This document shows positions 23,982 through 37,539 of a stretch of 64,000 nucleotides of DNA, in pieces (the first letter of the stretch is position 1; each line of letters starts with the position of its first letter). The stretch is from NCBI GenBank assembly GCA_951406725.2, contig OX597815.1, positions 115,258,001-115,322,000 on the forward strand, read 5' to 3'. Source of the DNA: Octopus vulgaris. Its lineage: Eukaryota. The notes beneath the pieces are model-generated. The model saw only the letters and a list, made by a program, of their open reading frames with translations. It did no database searches and was not told where the DNA came from. The position numbers and the translations under genes were made by a program.

Positions 23982-24183
23982 TATATACAAATATATATAC
24001 ATATATACATATATATACATACATACAAATATATATACATACATCATCATCATCATCATCATTTAATGTCCGTTTTCCATGCTGGCATAGGTTGGACGGT
24101 TCAACTAGGATCTGGAAAGCCAGGAGGCTGCACGTGTGTATGTACGTATACACCTATAGCTATATCTATATATATATCTATAT

Positions 24184-25170
24184 AAGGCAGACTGTATGAC
24201 GCATGTGTGCGAACAGCCATGCTACATGGCAGTGAAACATGTGCCGTGACAGCTGAGGATATGCGTAAGCTCGCAAGAAATGAAGCCAGTATGCTCCGTT
24301 GGATGTGTAATGTCAGTGTTCATACCCAACAGAGTGAAAGTACCTTGAGAGAAAAGTTGGACCTAAGAAGCATCAGATGTGGTGTGCAAGAGAGGCATCT
24401 ACGCTGGTATGGACACATAGTAAGAATGGATGAAGATAGTTGTGTGAAAAAGTGCCACACCCTAGTGGTTGAGGGAACCTGTGGAAGAGGTAGACCCAGG
24501 AAAACCTGGGACGAGGTGGTGAAGAACGACCTTCGCGCTTTAGGTCTCACCGAGGAAATGACCAGAGACCGAGACCTTTCGAGGTATGCTGTGCACGAGA
24601 AGACCCAGCACGACATGTGAGGCCATAACCCATGGCCCCTACCTGGGACGTAGTCAGTCCACCTGTGCATACCTTCCTTCTTGGGACACATAACTCTACT
24701 TGTGAAGACCTGTTGAGGCAAGTGAAAATCAAATCAAAATCGATGAACATCAATGGAATTTGTATTTATGTGGTACCAGTGCCGGTGGCACATAAGAAAA
24801 CCATCTGAACGTGGCCGTAGCCAGTACCGCATCGACTGGCCTCCGTGCTGTGGGCACGTAACAAACACCATCCGATCATGGCCGTGCCAGCCTCGCCTGG
24901 CCTCCGTGCCGGTGGCACGTAAAAAACACCATCCGAGCGTGGCCGTTCGCCAGCCTCGTCTGGCACCTGTGTCGGTGGCACATAAAAAGCACCCACTACA
25001 CTCACGGAGTGGTTGGCGTTAGGAAGGGCATCCAGCTGTAGAAACTCTGCCAGATCTGACTGGCCTGGTGCAGCCTTCGGGCTTCCCAGACCCCAGTTGA
25101 ACTGTCCAACCCATGCTAGCATGGAAAGCGGACGTTAAACGATGATGATGATGATGATGATGATGATGAT
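24184..25170 (+). mobile_element. RTE LINE, 5'-truncated
   Basis: MLHGSETCA...LRWYGHIVRM...GRGRPRKTW, repetitive 3' UTR and (GAT)n. Confidence 0.92.
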
Positions 25171-25191
25171 ATATCTATATCTATCTATCTA

Positions 25192-25288
<97 letters not shown>

Positions 25289-25327
25289 AAGTATATATAT
25301 ATACATGATGATGATGATGATATATAT

Positions 25328-25775
25328 CATCATCATCGTTTAACATCTGCTTTTCATGCTGGCATGGGTGGGATGGTTTGGCAGGGTTTCTACAGCTGGA
25401 TGCCCTTCCTAACATCAACCACTCTGTGAGTGTAGTGGAGACTTTTTACATGCCACTGGCACAGGAACCAGTCTGGTGGCACTAGCATCGACCACGCCCA
25501 CATGATACTTTTCACATATCACTGGTATGGGTGCCGGTCAGGCAGCATTGGTATCAGTCATGCTCGAATGGTGTTTTTTACATGCCACCAGCATGGGTGC
25601 CAGTCAGGCAGAACTGGCATTGGCTACACTTGAATGGTGCTTTTACATGCTACTGGCACTGGTGGTAGTCAGGCAACACTGGCATTGGCCACAGCTACAA
25701 TTTCACTTGACTCAACAGATTTTTTCAAGCACGATTGAAGGGTAGATTTTAAATGGGCCAGTTATGTGACACTGG
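25328..25775 (-). mobile_element. RTE LINE 3' UTR fragment
   Basis: Reverse complement of the terminus and UTR repeats. Confidence 0.8.
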
Positions 25776-25794
25776 CATATATATATATATATTG

Positions 25795-26625
25795 TCATCA
25801 TCATCATCATCATCACCATTCTCATCACTATCTGTCTTCCATGCTGGCATGTATTAGATGGTTTGACAATAGTTGCCAGGCCAGAGAACTGTCCTGGTTC
25901 CATTTGTCTGTTTAGCATGGTTTCTACAGCTGGATTTCCTTACTAACACCAACCACTTTACCAAGTGTGCTTGGTACTTTTTAAGTGCTACTGGTATGGA
26001 TGCTTCTTACGTGGCACCAGCACAAGTGCATTTTATGTGGCACCAGCATGAGTATGTTGTATATGGCACTAGCAATGTGCATTTTATGTGGAACTGGTAC
26101 TAGTGCATTTAACATGGCACCTGCATGGGTGCATTGGCACTGGCACATGCCAGTCAAAGTTCTCTCTGCTGAGAGAGGGAGTAGGAGCATGCCATAAGGT
26201 ACATGTATGTATGGCTCCAATCGTCTCAAGTACAGCAAATCGCTAGAGGTCTTAGTTCCTTATCATCTCCTCGGTGAGGTCCAGCATCTGAAGATCCTTT
26301 CTCACCACTTTGCCCCACATCTTCCTGGATCTACTCCATCCACAGGTTCCTTTCACAATTAGAGATCAGCACTTCTTTATGCAACTGTTCTCATCTATAT
26401 GCATCACATGACCATTTGAGCACAGCCTTCTCTCTTTTACACAATGTCTGATGCCTCTTATACCCAGTTTTTCTCTAAAGTCATTTACACTATGTTGTAT
26501 GTACACACTGACATTACCCATCCAACAGGCATGCTGACCTCATTTCTTTCAAGCCTTCGCATGTCCTCTGTAGTCATAGTCCATGTTTCACTGCCATGTA
26601 GCACACTCCGACAGCATCCCTGTAC
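25795..26625 (-). mobile_element. older RTE LINE copy, 5'-truncated
   Basis: (CAT)n tail, UTR repeats and reverse complement of the LHGSETW...GRSRK region. Confidence 0.8.
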
Positions 26626-26856
26626 ATGGCTTTTATGGCTCTCATCAACCACTCATCTTTCCTTAGCTTCCGCATTGTTCACCAAATGAGGGGAGGGAAG
26701 TGGGGACCCTGTTCAAAGCTTTCTCCAAGTCAACAACAGCTAAATACTGAGGTTTATTTTTTGTTAAGTGCTTCTCTCTCTCTCTCTCTCTCTCTCATTG
26801 TATATACATACACACACACACACACACACACATAAATGTCAAATGATGAGAATGGC

Positions 26857-26896
<40 letters not shown>

Positions 26897-26899
<3 letters not shown>

Positions 26900-28175
26900 G
26901 GGTTGGACAAAATAATGGAAACACCTTAAAATTTAAAATAAATTAATTTTAATATGGGGTAGGACCGCTTTGGCAGTAATTACAGCTTCTGTTCTATGAG
27001 GTATGGACTCATGCAAAGTTTGAATTGTTTCCAAAGGAATTTTTGTCCATTCTTCAGCTAAAATAGTCTCTAGTTCTTGTAGTGATGATTATGGAGAATA
27101 TCGACTCCTTACTTGTTTTTCTAAAATGCACCATAAATGTTCAATAATATTGAAATCTGGGGACTGTGGTGGCCAAATAAGATGTTCAACATCACTAGAA
27201 TGTTCCTCGTGCCATTCAGTAACAACTTTAGCTGCATGAATTGGTGCATTATCATCCTGAAAGATTGTGTTTCCATCTGGAAACAGTTTCGCAACCATAG
27301 GGTGAATTTGATCAGATAAAATGCTTAAACAATCTTGACTATTAATTCTGCCATGAAGAGAAGCCATTGGGCCAGCAGAATTCCAAGATATAGCCCCCTC
27401 CTCAGATCATCACAGATCTTCCCCCATGTTTAACAGTTTAAAGAAGGCAGTCTGGGTCAAATACTTTTTTTGGTGTCTCCACATGTATACTCGGCTGGTG
27501 GTTGGAATTAAGATAAAGGATGACTCATCAGAGAAAATAACATTCTTCCACTGCTCTAGGGACTAATTCTGTAGGCTTTTACTCCACTCTAAATGCTTTG
27601 CAATGTTTGTTTTTGAAAGTATTGGTTTTCTGATTGCAGCCCTCCCATGAAATCTGGCTTTGTGCAGCTCCCAGTGAACAGTTTTTGTGGAAACTGGGTT
27701 CTCGAGGTGGTCATTAAGCTCTGCAGTAATTTTAGGTGCTGTACTTTTATGATTCTTTCTAACAATTCATGTAAGGGTCTGACAGTCCCTTTCTGAAAGT
27801 TTGGGTTTTCTTCCTGAGTTTTGTTTCAAAGAGAAGGTTTTTTCCCTCTTTCTCAAAGGCTGTCATTACTTTCAAGACAGTACTTCTTGATACACCAAAC
27901 ATTTCGGCTGTTTTTGTTATGCTAGCGCTTGCCATACGAGCACCAACAATTTGACCTCTTTGAAAGTCAGATAGATCTGTCATTTTAATGAGTTTTCATT
28001 AGCTTTTCTGATGATATCTGAAAAGAAACAGCAATTTTAGCAAAACATATTAAGCAACACTAATAATAAATCAGAAAACAAAAATAAACAAGCTTTTGAT
28101 GGTTTTATAGATATTTCAAAATTAAGATGATTATGATGCTATGATGCTAAGTGTTTTCATTATTTTGTCAAACCC

Positions 28176-28178
<3 letters not shown>
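26897..28178 (-). mobile_element. Tc1-like DNA transposon, DD36E (Incomer-like); complete ends, defective transposase
   Basis: 28-bp TIRs CAGGGGTTGGACAAAATAATGGAAACAC (26/28 match); TA flanks; MTDLSDFQRGQIVGAR, IFSDES, FQDDNAPIH...WPPQSPDFNIIE. Confidence 0.93.
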
Positions 28179-28223
<45 letters not shown>

Positions 28224-28227
<4 letters not shown>

Positions 28228-30760
28228 CTGCCAGAAGGGAAGCTAGGAGACAGGTTTATTTAGCCTGAGGGGAAGCAGATAAGAAAAAATTTGACAATGT
28301 TCTGTGTCAGGACCAAAGACTTGAAGTACTTCATGTTGCAAGGAAGTGTGTGAGAGAGAATCATGATGTCGTAGAAGAGAAATGTGTCCGCATGGATGAT
28401 AGTTCACTTGCACTAAACAAGGCTGCAAAGAGAGAGGTTTGGAGACACCACAATGAAAAGGTTGCTCAATAAAGAGAATGAATGGGAGAAAGAGAGACTG
28501 CTGAATGTCGATCCAACAGAGGGACCAGCTATCCAAATTGAGAGTATCTTGGTAGATAAAACAATTAAGAGTATGAAGACAGGGAAAGTCCCTGGCCTAT
28601 CAGGAATTACTGCAGAGATGCTCAAAATATTTGGTAGTGTTGGCTATAGCGTAGTCACCTGTATAGTTAACCAGGTGATACACAAAAGAGTCATATCCAA
28701 TGACTGGTGTAGCAGCACTATAGTCAACTGCTACAAAAGGTAAAGGTGACGCTTAAGACACAAATAATTACAGAGGTATCAAATTGTTGGATCAGGTAAT
28801 GAAGGTTACAGAGAGGGTCATAGCCCAACTAATTAGGGAGAGAGTCAGTTTAGATGAGATGTGGTTTGGGTTAATGCCAGAGAAAAGCACCACTGATGCT
28901 ATATTTCTGGTAAGACAGCTGCAGGAGAAATTCCTAGCAAAGATAAACCTCTGTATCTGGCTTTTGTCGACATGGAGAAAGCCTTTGACAGAGTCTCCCG
29001 ATCCTTTATTTGGTGGTCAATGAGGAAAATTAGGGATAGATGAATGGTTAGTGAAAGCTGTGAAAGCCATGTACAGGGACGCTAGTAAGGTGCGGGTTGG
29101 CAACGAGTACAGTGAAGAATTCTAGGTGGAGGTAGAGGTCCACCAAGGTTCAGTCCTCAGTCCCCTCCTATTTATCATAGTCCTACAGGCAATAACAGAG
29201 GAATTCAAGACAGGATGCTCCTGGGAACTCCTCTATGCTGATGACATTGCTCTAATTGCTGAGTCGCAATCAGAACTAGAGGATAAGTTTCAGGTGTGGA
29301 AGCAAGGATTAGAATTGAAGGGCCTTAGAGTCAACCTAGCTAAAACCAAAGTCCTAATAAGCAGGAAGGTAGACAAACCACAAATCCCTTCAGGTTGATG
29401 GCCCTGCTCGATCTGTAGAAAAGGCATAGGTAGAAACTCTATAAGTTGTACCCAGTGTAAGCTATGGATACATAAGAGGTGCAGCAATATCAAAGGAAGG
29501 CTAACTGGGAAGATAGATTTTGTATGTGGCAGATGCTCAGGAGCAATAAACACTGAAAATGTGGAGAGAACATCTTCTACCACATTTCAGGGAGAAAAAC
29601 CAGAAGTAGTTGATAGCTTCCAATTTCTAGGTGACCAAGTCAGTAGCAGAGGTGGGTGCACTGAAAGTATAGCTGTTAGAATAAGAATAGTCTGGGCAAA
29701 GTTCAGAGAGCTCTTACCTCTGCTGGTGACAAAGAGCCTCTCGCTCAGAGTAAAAGGTAGACTGTATGACGCATGTGTACGAACAGCCATGCTACATGGC
29801 AGTGAAACATGGGCTGTGACTGCTGAGGACATGTGTAAGCTTGCAAGGAATGAAGCCAGTATGCTCCACTGGATGTGTAATGTCAGTGTGCATACTTGAC
29901 AGAGTGTAAGTACCTTGAGAGAAAAGTTGGACCTAAGAAGCATCAGATGTGGTGTGCAAGAGAGACGACTACATTGGCATGATCATGTGACAACAATGGA
30001 TGAGGATAGCTGTGTGAAAAAGTGCAACATCCTAGTGGTTGAAGGAACCTGTGGAAGAGGTAGACCCAGGAAGACCTGGGATGAAGTGGTGAAGCACGAC
30101 CTTCAAACATTAGGCCTCACCGAGGCAATGACTAGTGACCGAGACCTTTGGAAATATGCTGTGCTTGAGAAGACCCAGCAAGCCAAGTGAGACCATAACC
30201 CGTGACCTATGCCAGGGGTGTAACCAGCCCACTTATGTGTATCTTTCCTTCACTTGACACTAAACTCTGCTTGCAAAGATCTGTTGAAGCAAGTGAAATT
30301 GAAATTGAAATCAAATTCGATGACTGGCATCAATGCTAGTGGAGTGCGAAGTGCACCATCTGAGCATGATCATTGTCAGAAATAGCTGACTTGCTTCTGT
30401 GCCAGTGACATGTAAAAAGCACCATTTGAGTGTGATCATTACCAGCGTCGCCTTACTGGCATGTGAAAGAATATTCGAGCATGGTCACTGCCAGTGCCGC
30501 TGGACTGGATCCTGTGCAGGTGGCATGTAAGAACACCATTTGAACATGGCTGTTGCCAGTATTGCCTGACTGGCCCTCATGCCGGTGGCACATAAAAGCA
30601 CCCACTACACTATCGGAGTGGTTGGTGTTAGGAAGGGCATCCAGCTGTAGAAACTCTGTCAGATCAGATTGGAGCCTGGTGCAGCCATCTGGTTCGCCAG
30701 TCCTCAGTCAAATTGTCCAACCCATGCCAGCATGGAAAGTGGACGTTAGATGATGATGAT
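28224..30760 (+). mobile_element. RTE LINE, longest copy (whole RT region, disrupted)
   Basis: GKVPGLSGI, NYRGIKLL, KSTTDAIF, HQGSVLSPLLF, LYADD, PHD-like insert, GRGRPRKTW, UTR and (GAT)n. Confidence 0.95.
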
Positions 30761-30884
30761 ATATATACACACATTTTTATCAAAGTGATATTTTTGCAGC
30801 TTTAATAAAATGGCATATTACTTCACCTTCAGTATTTCAGTACTATTTTTTTCCACCTTGTTTTGCATTAATGTGCTTACTCGT

Positions 30885-30914
30885 GTATGTATGTATATGT
30901 ATATGCATGTATGT

Positions 30915-31000
<86 letters not shown>
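30885..31000. repeat. (TA)n microsatellite
   Basis: Direct observation. Confidence 0.95.
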
Positions 31001-31369
31001 GGTCATCCAATACTCCTGCTTCTATTAAGTGAGCCCTTCCTCTATCATTTCTTTACTTCTCTTCACCCTTTGTAAACTGTCTTCCTCTTTTCTCTCTTCT
31101 ACTTGCATTTTTCCACCTTTTCCTCCTTCCCCCATACACTCACCATTCCTTCAATGTTCTGTTTTGTTATAACCAGAAATGGCTCTGACAAAAGTAGCAT
31201 TAATTTTATTAAGTTGTTTAATTTTTCTCAATTGATCAATAGACCAATTGAGTAAACATATCAGTGATGTACTTATAGTGACTACTAGAAACTGTTGTAA
31301 GCCAAATTTGCTCAAATAAATAAAAAATATGCAATGATCATAATGTTTAGCATGTTTTATATTTATATA

Positions 31370-31686
31370 TGGAGGAGCACTCTGTCAGTTACGACGACGA
31401 GGGTCCCAGCTGATCAATGAAACAGCTTCCTCGTGAAATTAACATGCAAGTGGCTGAGCGCTTCAGAGACATGAGTACCCTTAATGTAGGTCTTGGGGAG
31501 ATTCAGCATGACACAGAGTGTGACAAGGCTGGGCCTTTGAAACACAGTTACTACTCATTTTTGCCAGCTGAGTGGAGAACAATGTGAAATAAAGTATCTT
31601 GCTCAAGAACACAACACACTGCCAGGAATTGAACTCACTACCTTATGATTATGAGCCAAATGCCCTGACCACTTAGCCATGGGCCT
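31370..31686 (-). mobile_element. tRNA-derived SINE (family B)
   Basis: Minus strand TGGCTAAGTGG A-box, GAGTTCAATTCC B-box, CTTGAGCAAGATACTT core; homolog at 32365-32650. Confidence 0.8.
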
Positions 31687-31699
31687 TCACTATATGTGT

Positions 31700-31701
31700 G
31701 C

Positions 31702-31740
<39 letters not shown>

Positions 31741-31776
31741 GTGTGTGTGTGTGTGTGTGTGTGTATGCATATGTAT

Positions 31777-31843
<67 letters not shown>

Positions 31844-31850
31844 TGTGTGT
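31700..31850. repeat. (TA)n(TG)n microsatellite
   Basis: Direct observation. Confidence 0.95.
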
Positions 31851-32364
31851 ATTTACAAAATCATATAATTTATGGACATAACTTCAAAACCATGCAACCA
31901 TGTCTATCCAGAATATGTACTGTCAAGATAATTTAAAGTAGTGGTGGGGTAGTTGTAGCTATTGTGTCTCTTGTCTTATAATGTAAGTGAACGCAACTAT
32001 GGAAATTGACAAGTTACCTCCTCCCCTTCATTCATGTCAGTTCAAGGTCTTATGTTATTACAACAAAAGAGAAATAGACTGCTATATATTATTATTATTG
32101 CATGAAGCCCCTTGTAAATCAAGTATGAGACTTGTTTTATATGTGTATGTGTGCTTATTTTCATCCATTTTCACTTCATCTATGTTACTAATATGTTGAG
32201 AAAGAAAGAAGAAAGTATGAATGTTACAACCTCAATCTGCTTTCATTAGAGCCTTGGATAGAATGTCTTGCAGTGTTTGTTTGGACTATCTGCACTCTGA
32301 ATTCAGATCCCATTAAGATCTACTATGCTTTTGATTCATTTAGGGTAACTGGTACACCATTGGT

Positions 32365-32650
32365 TATAATGGCAAGGGTTCTCCAATTGATCCAATGGAA
32401 CAGCTTGCTCATGAAATTAATGTGCAAATGGCTGGACACTCCACTGACATGTAATTTTCAGTGTGATTCAGCATGACACAGGATGATAAAGCCAACCCTT
32501 TGAAACACACTTTTACTTGTTTTTGCCAATTGAGTGAACTGGAGCAGCATGAAATAAGGTGTTATACTCAAGGACACAATGCACTACCAGAAATTGAACT
32601 CACAACCTTATGATCATGAGCCAAACACCCTAACCACTATACCAAATGAC
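32365..32650 (-). mobile_element. SINE family B
   Basis: Aligns by eye with 31370-31686. Confidence 0.75.
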
Positions 32651-33789
32651 TTCTCAATAAAAAGTACCACTCCAGAGAAATGGATTGGCAGAGGGTAAGG
32701 TGAGATGCCTTGCAATATCTGTTCTGGGTCTTTATGTTTTGACAACAATGCCTGCAACAAACCTGGTACCAAGCAGTTCCACCCCAAATTAGCAGCCTTT
32801 CCCTTGAATAAATATCAATATCAAAAAGAGGTTAGACTTGCCTGCATGAGAAACTTCTAGTCTTCTTGAAAAAAATCTTGCCCAGATCTGCACATGAATA
32901 AACATATATATGGTCAAAATTAACTGACCAAGGCTGAGGAAAGGCAATGTCCATAATGACTATATTCAGGACCTCCAAGATTTGTTAGAAGAAGTAAGGA
33001 AGTTATTCTTAGACTGAAGACCTGGCCTGAATGTTTGCAACAGAGGAGATTCAACTAAAAGCGCCCAACAGGCAAGTAGTGTTAAACTGGATGTCAGGTT
33101 ATGTTAACCACCCAATACTTAGTAATATCCAGCATTATGTAGATACATATATTTTGGTAATTTGGTATTTGTAGCATTGGCTTTGATTGTTCAATAAAAC
33201 AGTTTTTTTCCTACTAATATCCCTATACTTTCTTTGTATGAGTCAGAAATAACAACATAATGTTTAATTTTGTACTTCACCTAAATATTTTAGTATCCAT
33301 GCTAATGTACCAGTGAAAAATAGCGATTGTTATTGTTATTGTGGTTTAGACCAATGTCCATCCTAGTTGGGCTGACCTATAGTCAAAGGAATTTAAGCTA
33401 TGACCATTTTTAGGAATGCATTATTCAAGCATATCTTGTTTTTATATAAGACACTGGGGTGTGGTTTGAGAGAGATAAAGAGCTGTTTTTAACAGACCGA
33501 GCAACATGTAGAAACTCCCTCATTGGCTTATGTGAAAAACAGTATATTTTAAGAAGGAAAAGAAAAGCTTGGATTGGAGCATGAAGTATTTCCCTTTATA
33601 ATTTTTAGAATACTTGTTTAATGTATAGCTATAAAAGTGTAAAGCTGTAACTGTTCTTTTTTTTATTTTATATTATGAGGATGGTTTATGGTGTAGGTAG
33701 ATGGAGTGACGTTGGTGAGATATTAACAAGTTTAGCCCTTAGAAAATATTATTGGTTTAAAGTGTTTGTGTTTTTAAGACTTTGTGCCT

Positions 33790-34350
33790 GCATGAAGAGA
33801 TTAGTTCCTTATATACTAATCAAATTGCTTATAAAACAATGAGCACTTAGAGAGAAACAAAAAGACATACGACCTTTACTCAAATACTTTTGTGAACATC
33901 AAAGCATTAGAAGCAATTTTCTATATTAACAGAGCCATGACATGCCTGACTAACAACTCCCACCTTACAAATAAAAACAATAAATGTCCAACTTAAATTT
34001 ACTACCTACCTACATTACTAGGAGCTTAAATACTGGACTATGTACTTTTGACCTTTGCCCTATTAAAACAAAAGGATTAAATCCAATAACACCTAACACA
34101 ACAAAAATACTGTCACACCTTGTGCCTACCTAACAACAGAGACACACCTACAGACTTGTTTACAAATTCTGCATACATGAATAAATTCTAAAACCAATCA
34201 TAAAAACCTAATTACCACCCCATTGAAACCCAAGGTAGATTTTAAACTAACAGACACTATATAAAGCTAAATAAAGGCAAGACAAAACTCTAATGCATCA
34301 CAATCTGATGATGACTTAGCTGGCCGAAACTTTGAAGTCAATGTAAAAAC
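33790..34350 (+). mobile_element. Penelope-like 3' fragment with degenerate hammerhead core
   Basis: CTGATGA (34305-34311)...GAAAC (34326-34330) after an A/C-rich degenerate stretch. Confidence 0.4.
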
Positions 34351-34406
34351 ATTCTTGTTTAAAAATATATGTATGTATATGAATATATATGTGCATGTGT
34401 GTGTGA

Positions 34407-34490
<84 letters not shown>

Positions 34491-34507
34491 GTATGAATAC
34501 ATATGTA

Positions 34508-34560
<53 letters not shown>

Positions 34561-34610
34561 GTATGAATACATATGTATGTGTATATATATACAGGTATAT
34601 ATTATATGTA

Positions 34611-34642
<32 letters not shown>

Positions 34643-34648
<6 letters not shown>

Positions 34649-35317
34649 CATCATCATCATCATCGTTTAGCGTCCGTTTTCCATGCTAGCATGGGTTGGA
34701 CGGTTCTACTGGGGTCTGTGAAGCCAGAAGGCTTCATCAGGCCCAGTCAAATCTGGCAGTGTTTTTACGGCTGGATGCCCTTCCTAACGCCAACCACTCC
34801 GAGAGTGTAGTGGGTGCTTTTTATGTGCCACCCGCACAGGTGCCAGACAGAGCTGGCAAACGGCCACGAACGGATGGTGCTTTTTATGTGCCACTGGCAC
34901 GAGGGCCAGGCGAGGCTGGCAACGGACACGAAACGGGGCGGTGCTGGCAACGGTCGCGAAACGGAAGGTTCTCTTACATGCCACCGGCACTGGTAACACA
35001 TCTGCAATTTCCATTGATCGATTTCGATTCTGATCCTGATCCTCACTTGCCTCAACGGGTCTTCACAAGTAGAGTTTCGACATGCCACCGGCACTGGTAA
35101 CACATCTGCAATTTCCATTGTTCGATTTCGATTCTGATCCTCACTTGCCTCAACAGGTCTTCACAAGTAGAGTTTTGTGTCCCAAGAAGGGAAGGTATGC
35201 ATACGTAGGCTGGCTCCATCCCATGTAGAAGGCCACGGGTTATGGACTCACTTGTCCTGCCGGGTCTTCTCGCGCACAGCACACTTCCAGAGGACTCGAT
35301 CTCTAGTCATTTCCTCA
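34643..35317 (-). mobile_element. RTE LINE 3' end (young subfamily)
   Basis: Near-identical reverse complement of 45630-46313; embedded in (TA)n. Confidence 0.95.
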
Positions 35318-35340
35318 TATATATATATATATATATATAT

Positions 35341-35412
<72 letters not shown>

Positions 35413-35860
35413 GCGCATTAATAACAGTTTAAGGGTGATCAAGTCAACACATCCAATCCAGTTATGTTAGATGTGCTAATTATTATTCATTATAAATACT
35501 GCTGCTGTCACTAATAACTAATTTATCAATAGCTTCCCAGCTTTTTGCAATGTCACTGGCAATGTCATTATTATACTATATCAGTTTGACTGATTTTCAT
35601 TCTGGCATTCAGTGCAAAGCTGATCTGCCACTGAAGATCCACAGTAAACAGTGAATTCACGTGATACAGTTGTGCCATCCACCACTACAGACGTTGATTT
35701 CATCAGCTGATATAGTTAGTGCTTAAGAGCATGCGTTGTCAACATGAGGTTGTATCTCTAGGCATTAAAGGTGATCTAGTTGACACATCCAGTTATGTTG
35801 GATGTGTTAATTATTATCTATTACAATTACTGCTTCTGTTGCTGATAGCTAATTGATATA

Positions 35861-36380
35861 CAGGATGTGTCAGTTTTTTTTAGGTCATTTGTATGAATTT
35901 AGAAAAAGACATGTAGCACATCAAAGAGAAGCTGTATTAGAAAACAAATTGGCACAAATAATCTAGAGAATCCTTTTATCCCACCTATTCAATGAATTCA
36001 CTGTTAGCATCAATGGCTGCTTCAATATAGAAGAGTTGGCATGTCCGGATCGAATGATCTATATCAATTTTGGACATAGTGCTGGTTATGGTAGACTTGA
36101 GAGATTGTTTGGTGTTATGAGAGTGTTGATTGATCTCTCTCTCAACTACACCTCCATATGTAAGAGTCAAGTAAACTGAGGTCTGATGAGCTAGGAAGCC
36201 ATGTGTCTAGGAGAACATGTTCATTGAGACTGGCACACATCCATACTTGGATTGTCCTCTTGTCAGAAGACATACAATCTTCTGTTACATACTATGTCTA
36301 CCCAGGGCATCACAACTTTCTCCAACACTTCTATGTAGTCAGTGGCATTGACTCATAAGCCCTGTAAAAAAAGTGAGGAA
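35861..36380 (-). mobile_element. Tc1/mariner-superfamily transposase 3' relic (maT/rosa-like)
   Basis: Minus strand WLPSSSDLSLLD...VVEREIN..SHNTKQSL...IEAAIDANSEFIE*; TA|CAGGATGTG terminus. Confidence 0.65.
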
Positions 36381-36639
36381 TCAAGACATCTCCCTAAATA
36401 TTTCTCTGACAAAGTGTCTCTGAAAAATGAGTACATACATTGAATGAATAAAAAGTCAGTGTTTATTAAATATTTGATAGAATCTACAGACAGAATTTAA
36501 TTTTTTTATGAATGCTTGTTTTTAAACAGCATCCAACCTATGCTAGCACGGAAAACGGAAGTTAAACGATGATGATGATGATGATGATGATGATTTTTCT
36601 GGTCCCAACACTACTGAGAATGAGAAAGTCTTAGAACTG

Positions 36640-37465
36640 TAAACATCATGAAACATTTTGTTCTCTGTTAGAGCACATTCTTATTCAATAGCTGCCCTCA
36701 ATTCATCAACCTGTGCTAGTTTTGCATCATAAACTTTATATTTTACATACCCCCTTACAAAAGTAGTGTGAGGTCTGATGAAAAGAGAAGGTATTCTACT
36801 GAATGTCTTCATTCAATGTACCTGTTTGGCAACATCTCACCAAGGACCAGTTCCACTACCATCAAATAGAATGGTCCAGTTAATCATTTTGGTGATAAGC
36901 CATGCTGCACTGTACTCCTGATAAATTAACATGATGTTCCTCCATATGTGGATTCTCAAGTTTCCAGTAGATGCAATTTTGGATTAAATGAACCTTTTAA
37001 TTTAAATGTAGCCTCATCATCCCAAATAATCTTTGTGTATCTTCTACACATCTTATCTAGTACCTCAAGCAAAACTTTACTTTTTGGTCTGAATCATTTT
37101 CATTGAGAGCATGAATTATTCTTGGAATGTAAGTTTTTGTCTGACAGCACAATAGAATTTAATGGATACTTGATTATGAAATTCCTATCTTAAAACTTGC
37201 TTACTGTACAGATTTACTCGAGTTCTGATAGTATGTTTCTAGCATCTTTTCTTGCTTAGTGTGGTTCATTGATGTCTGCAGTCTACCAGAATGTTTCTTG
37301 TGGACATTTTGTACAGTTCCATCTGCTTCAAATTTATCTGTAATTATAGCAAGTCATGCTGGTGGATATGCTTGAAACTCCCTTCTAAACTGTCTCTGCA
37401 CCTTGATAGTGTTTTCAAACTTCCAGTTGCACTTTATAGTAGATTTCCATTATTTTTAATGGTTT
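36640..37465 (-). mobile_element. Tc1/mariner-superfamily relic (DUF4817-type N-terminus)
   Basis: Minus strand WKFENTIKVQRQFRREF...DKFEADGTVQNVHK..SGR, then WDDEATFKL and ENPH. Confidence 0.65.
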
Positions 37466-37471
37466 AAATCT

Positions 37472-37531
<60 letters not shown>

Positions 37532-37539
37532 CTATGTGG

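Noticed and set aside
24770-24995. CRISPR-like regularly spaced repeats
   Set aside because: The units are LINE 3' UTR tandem repeats without unique spacers; no cas genes; eukaryotic context
30810-34810. Many [12 protein letters not shown] ORFs in the ORF track (also elsewhere in the window)
   Set aside because: Translations of dinucleotide microsatellites
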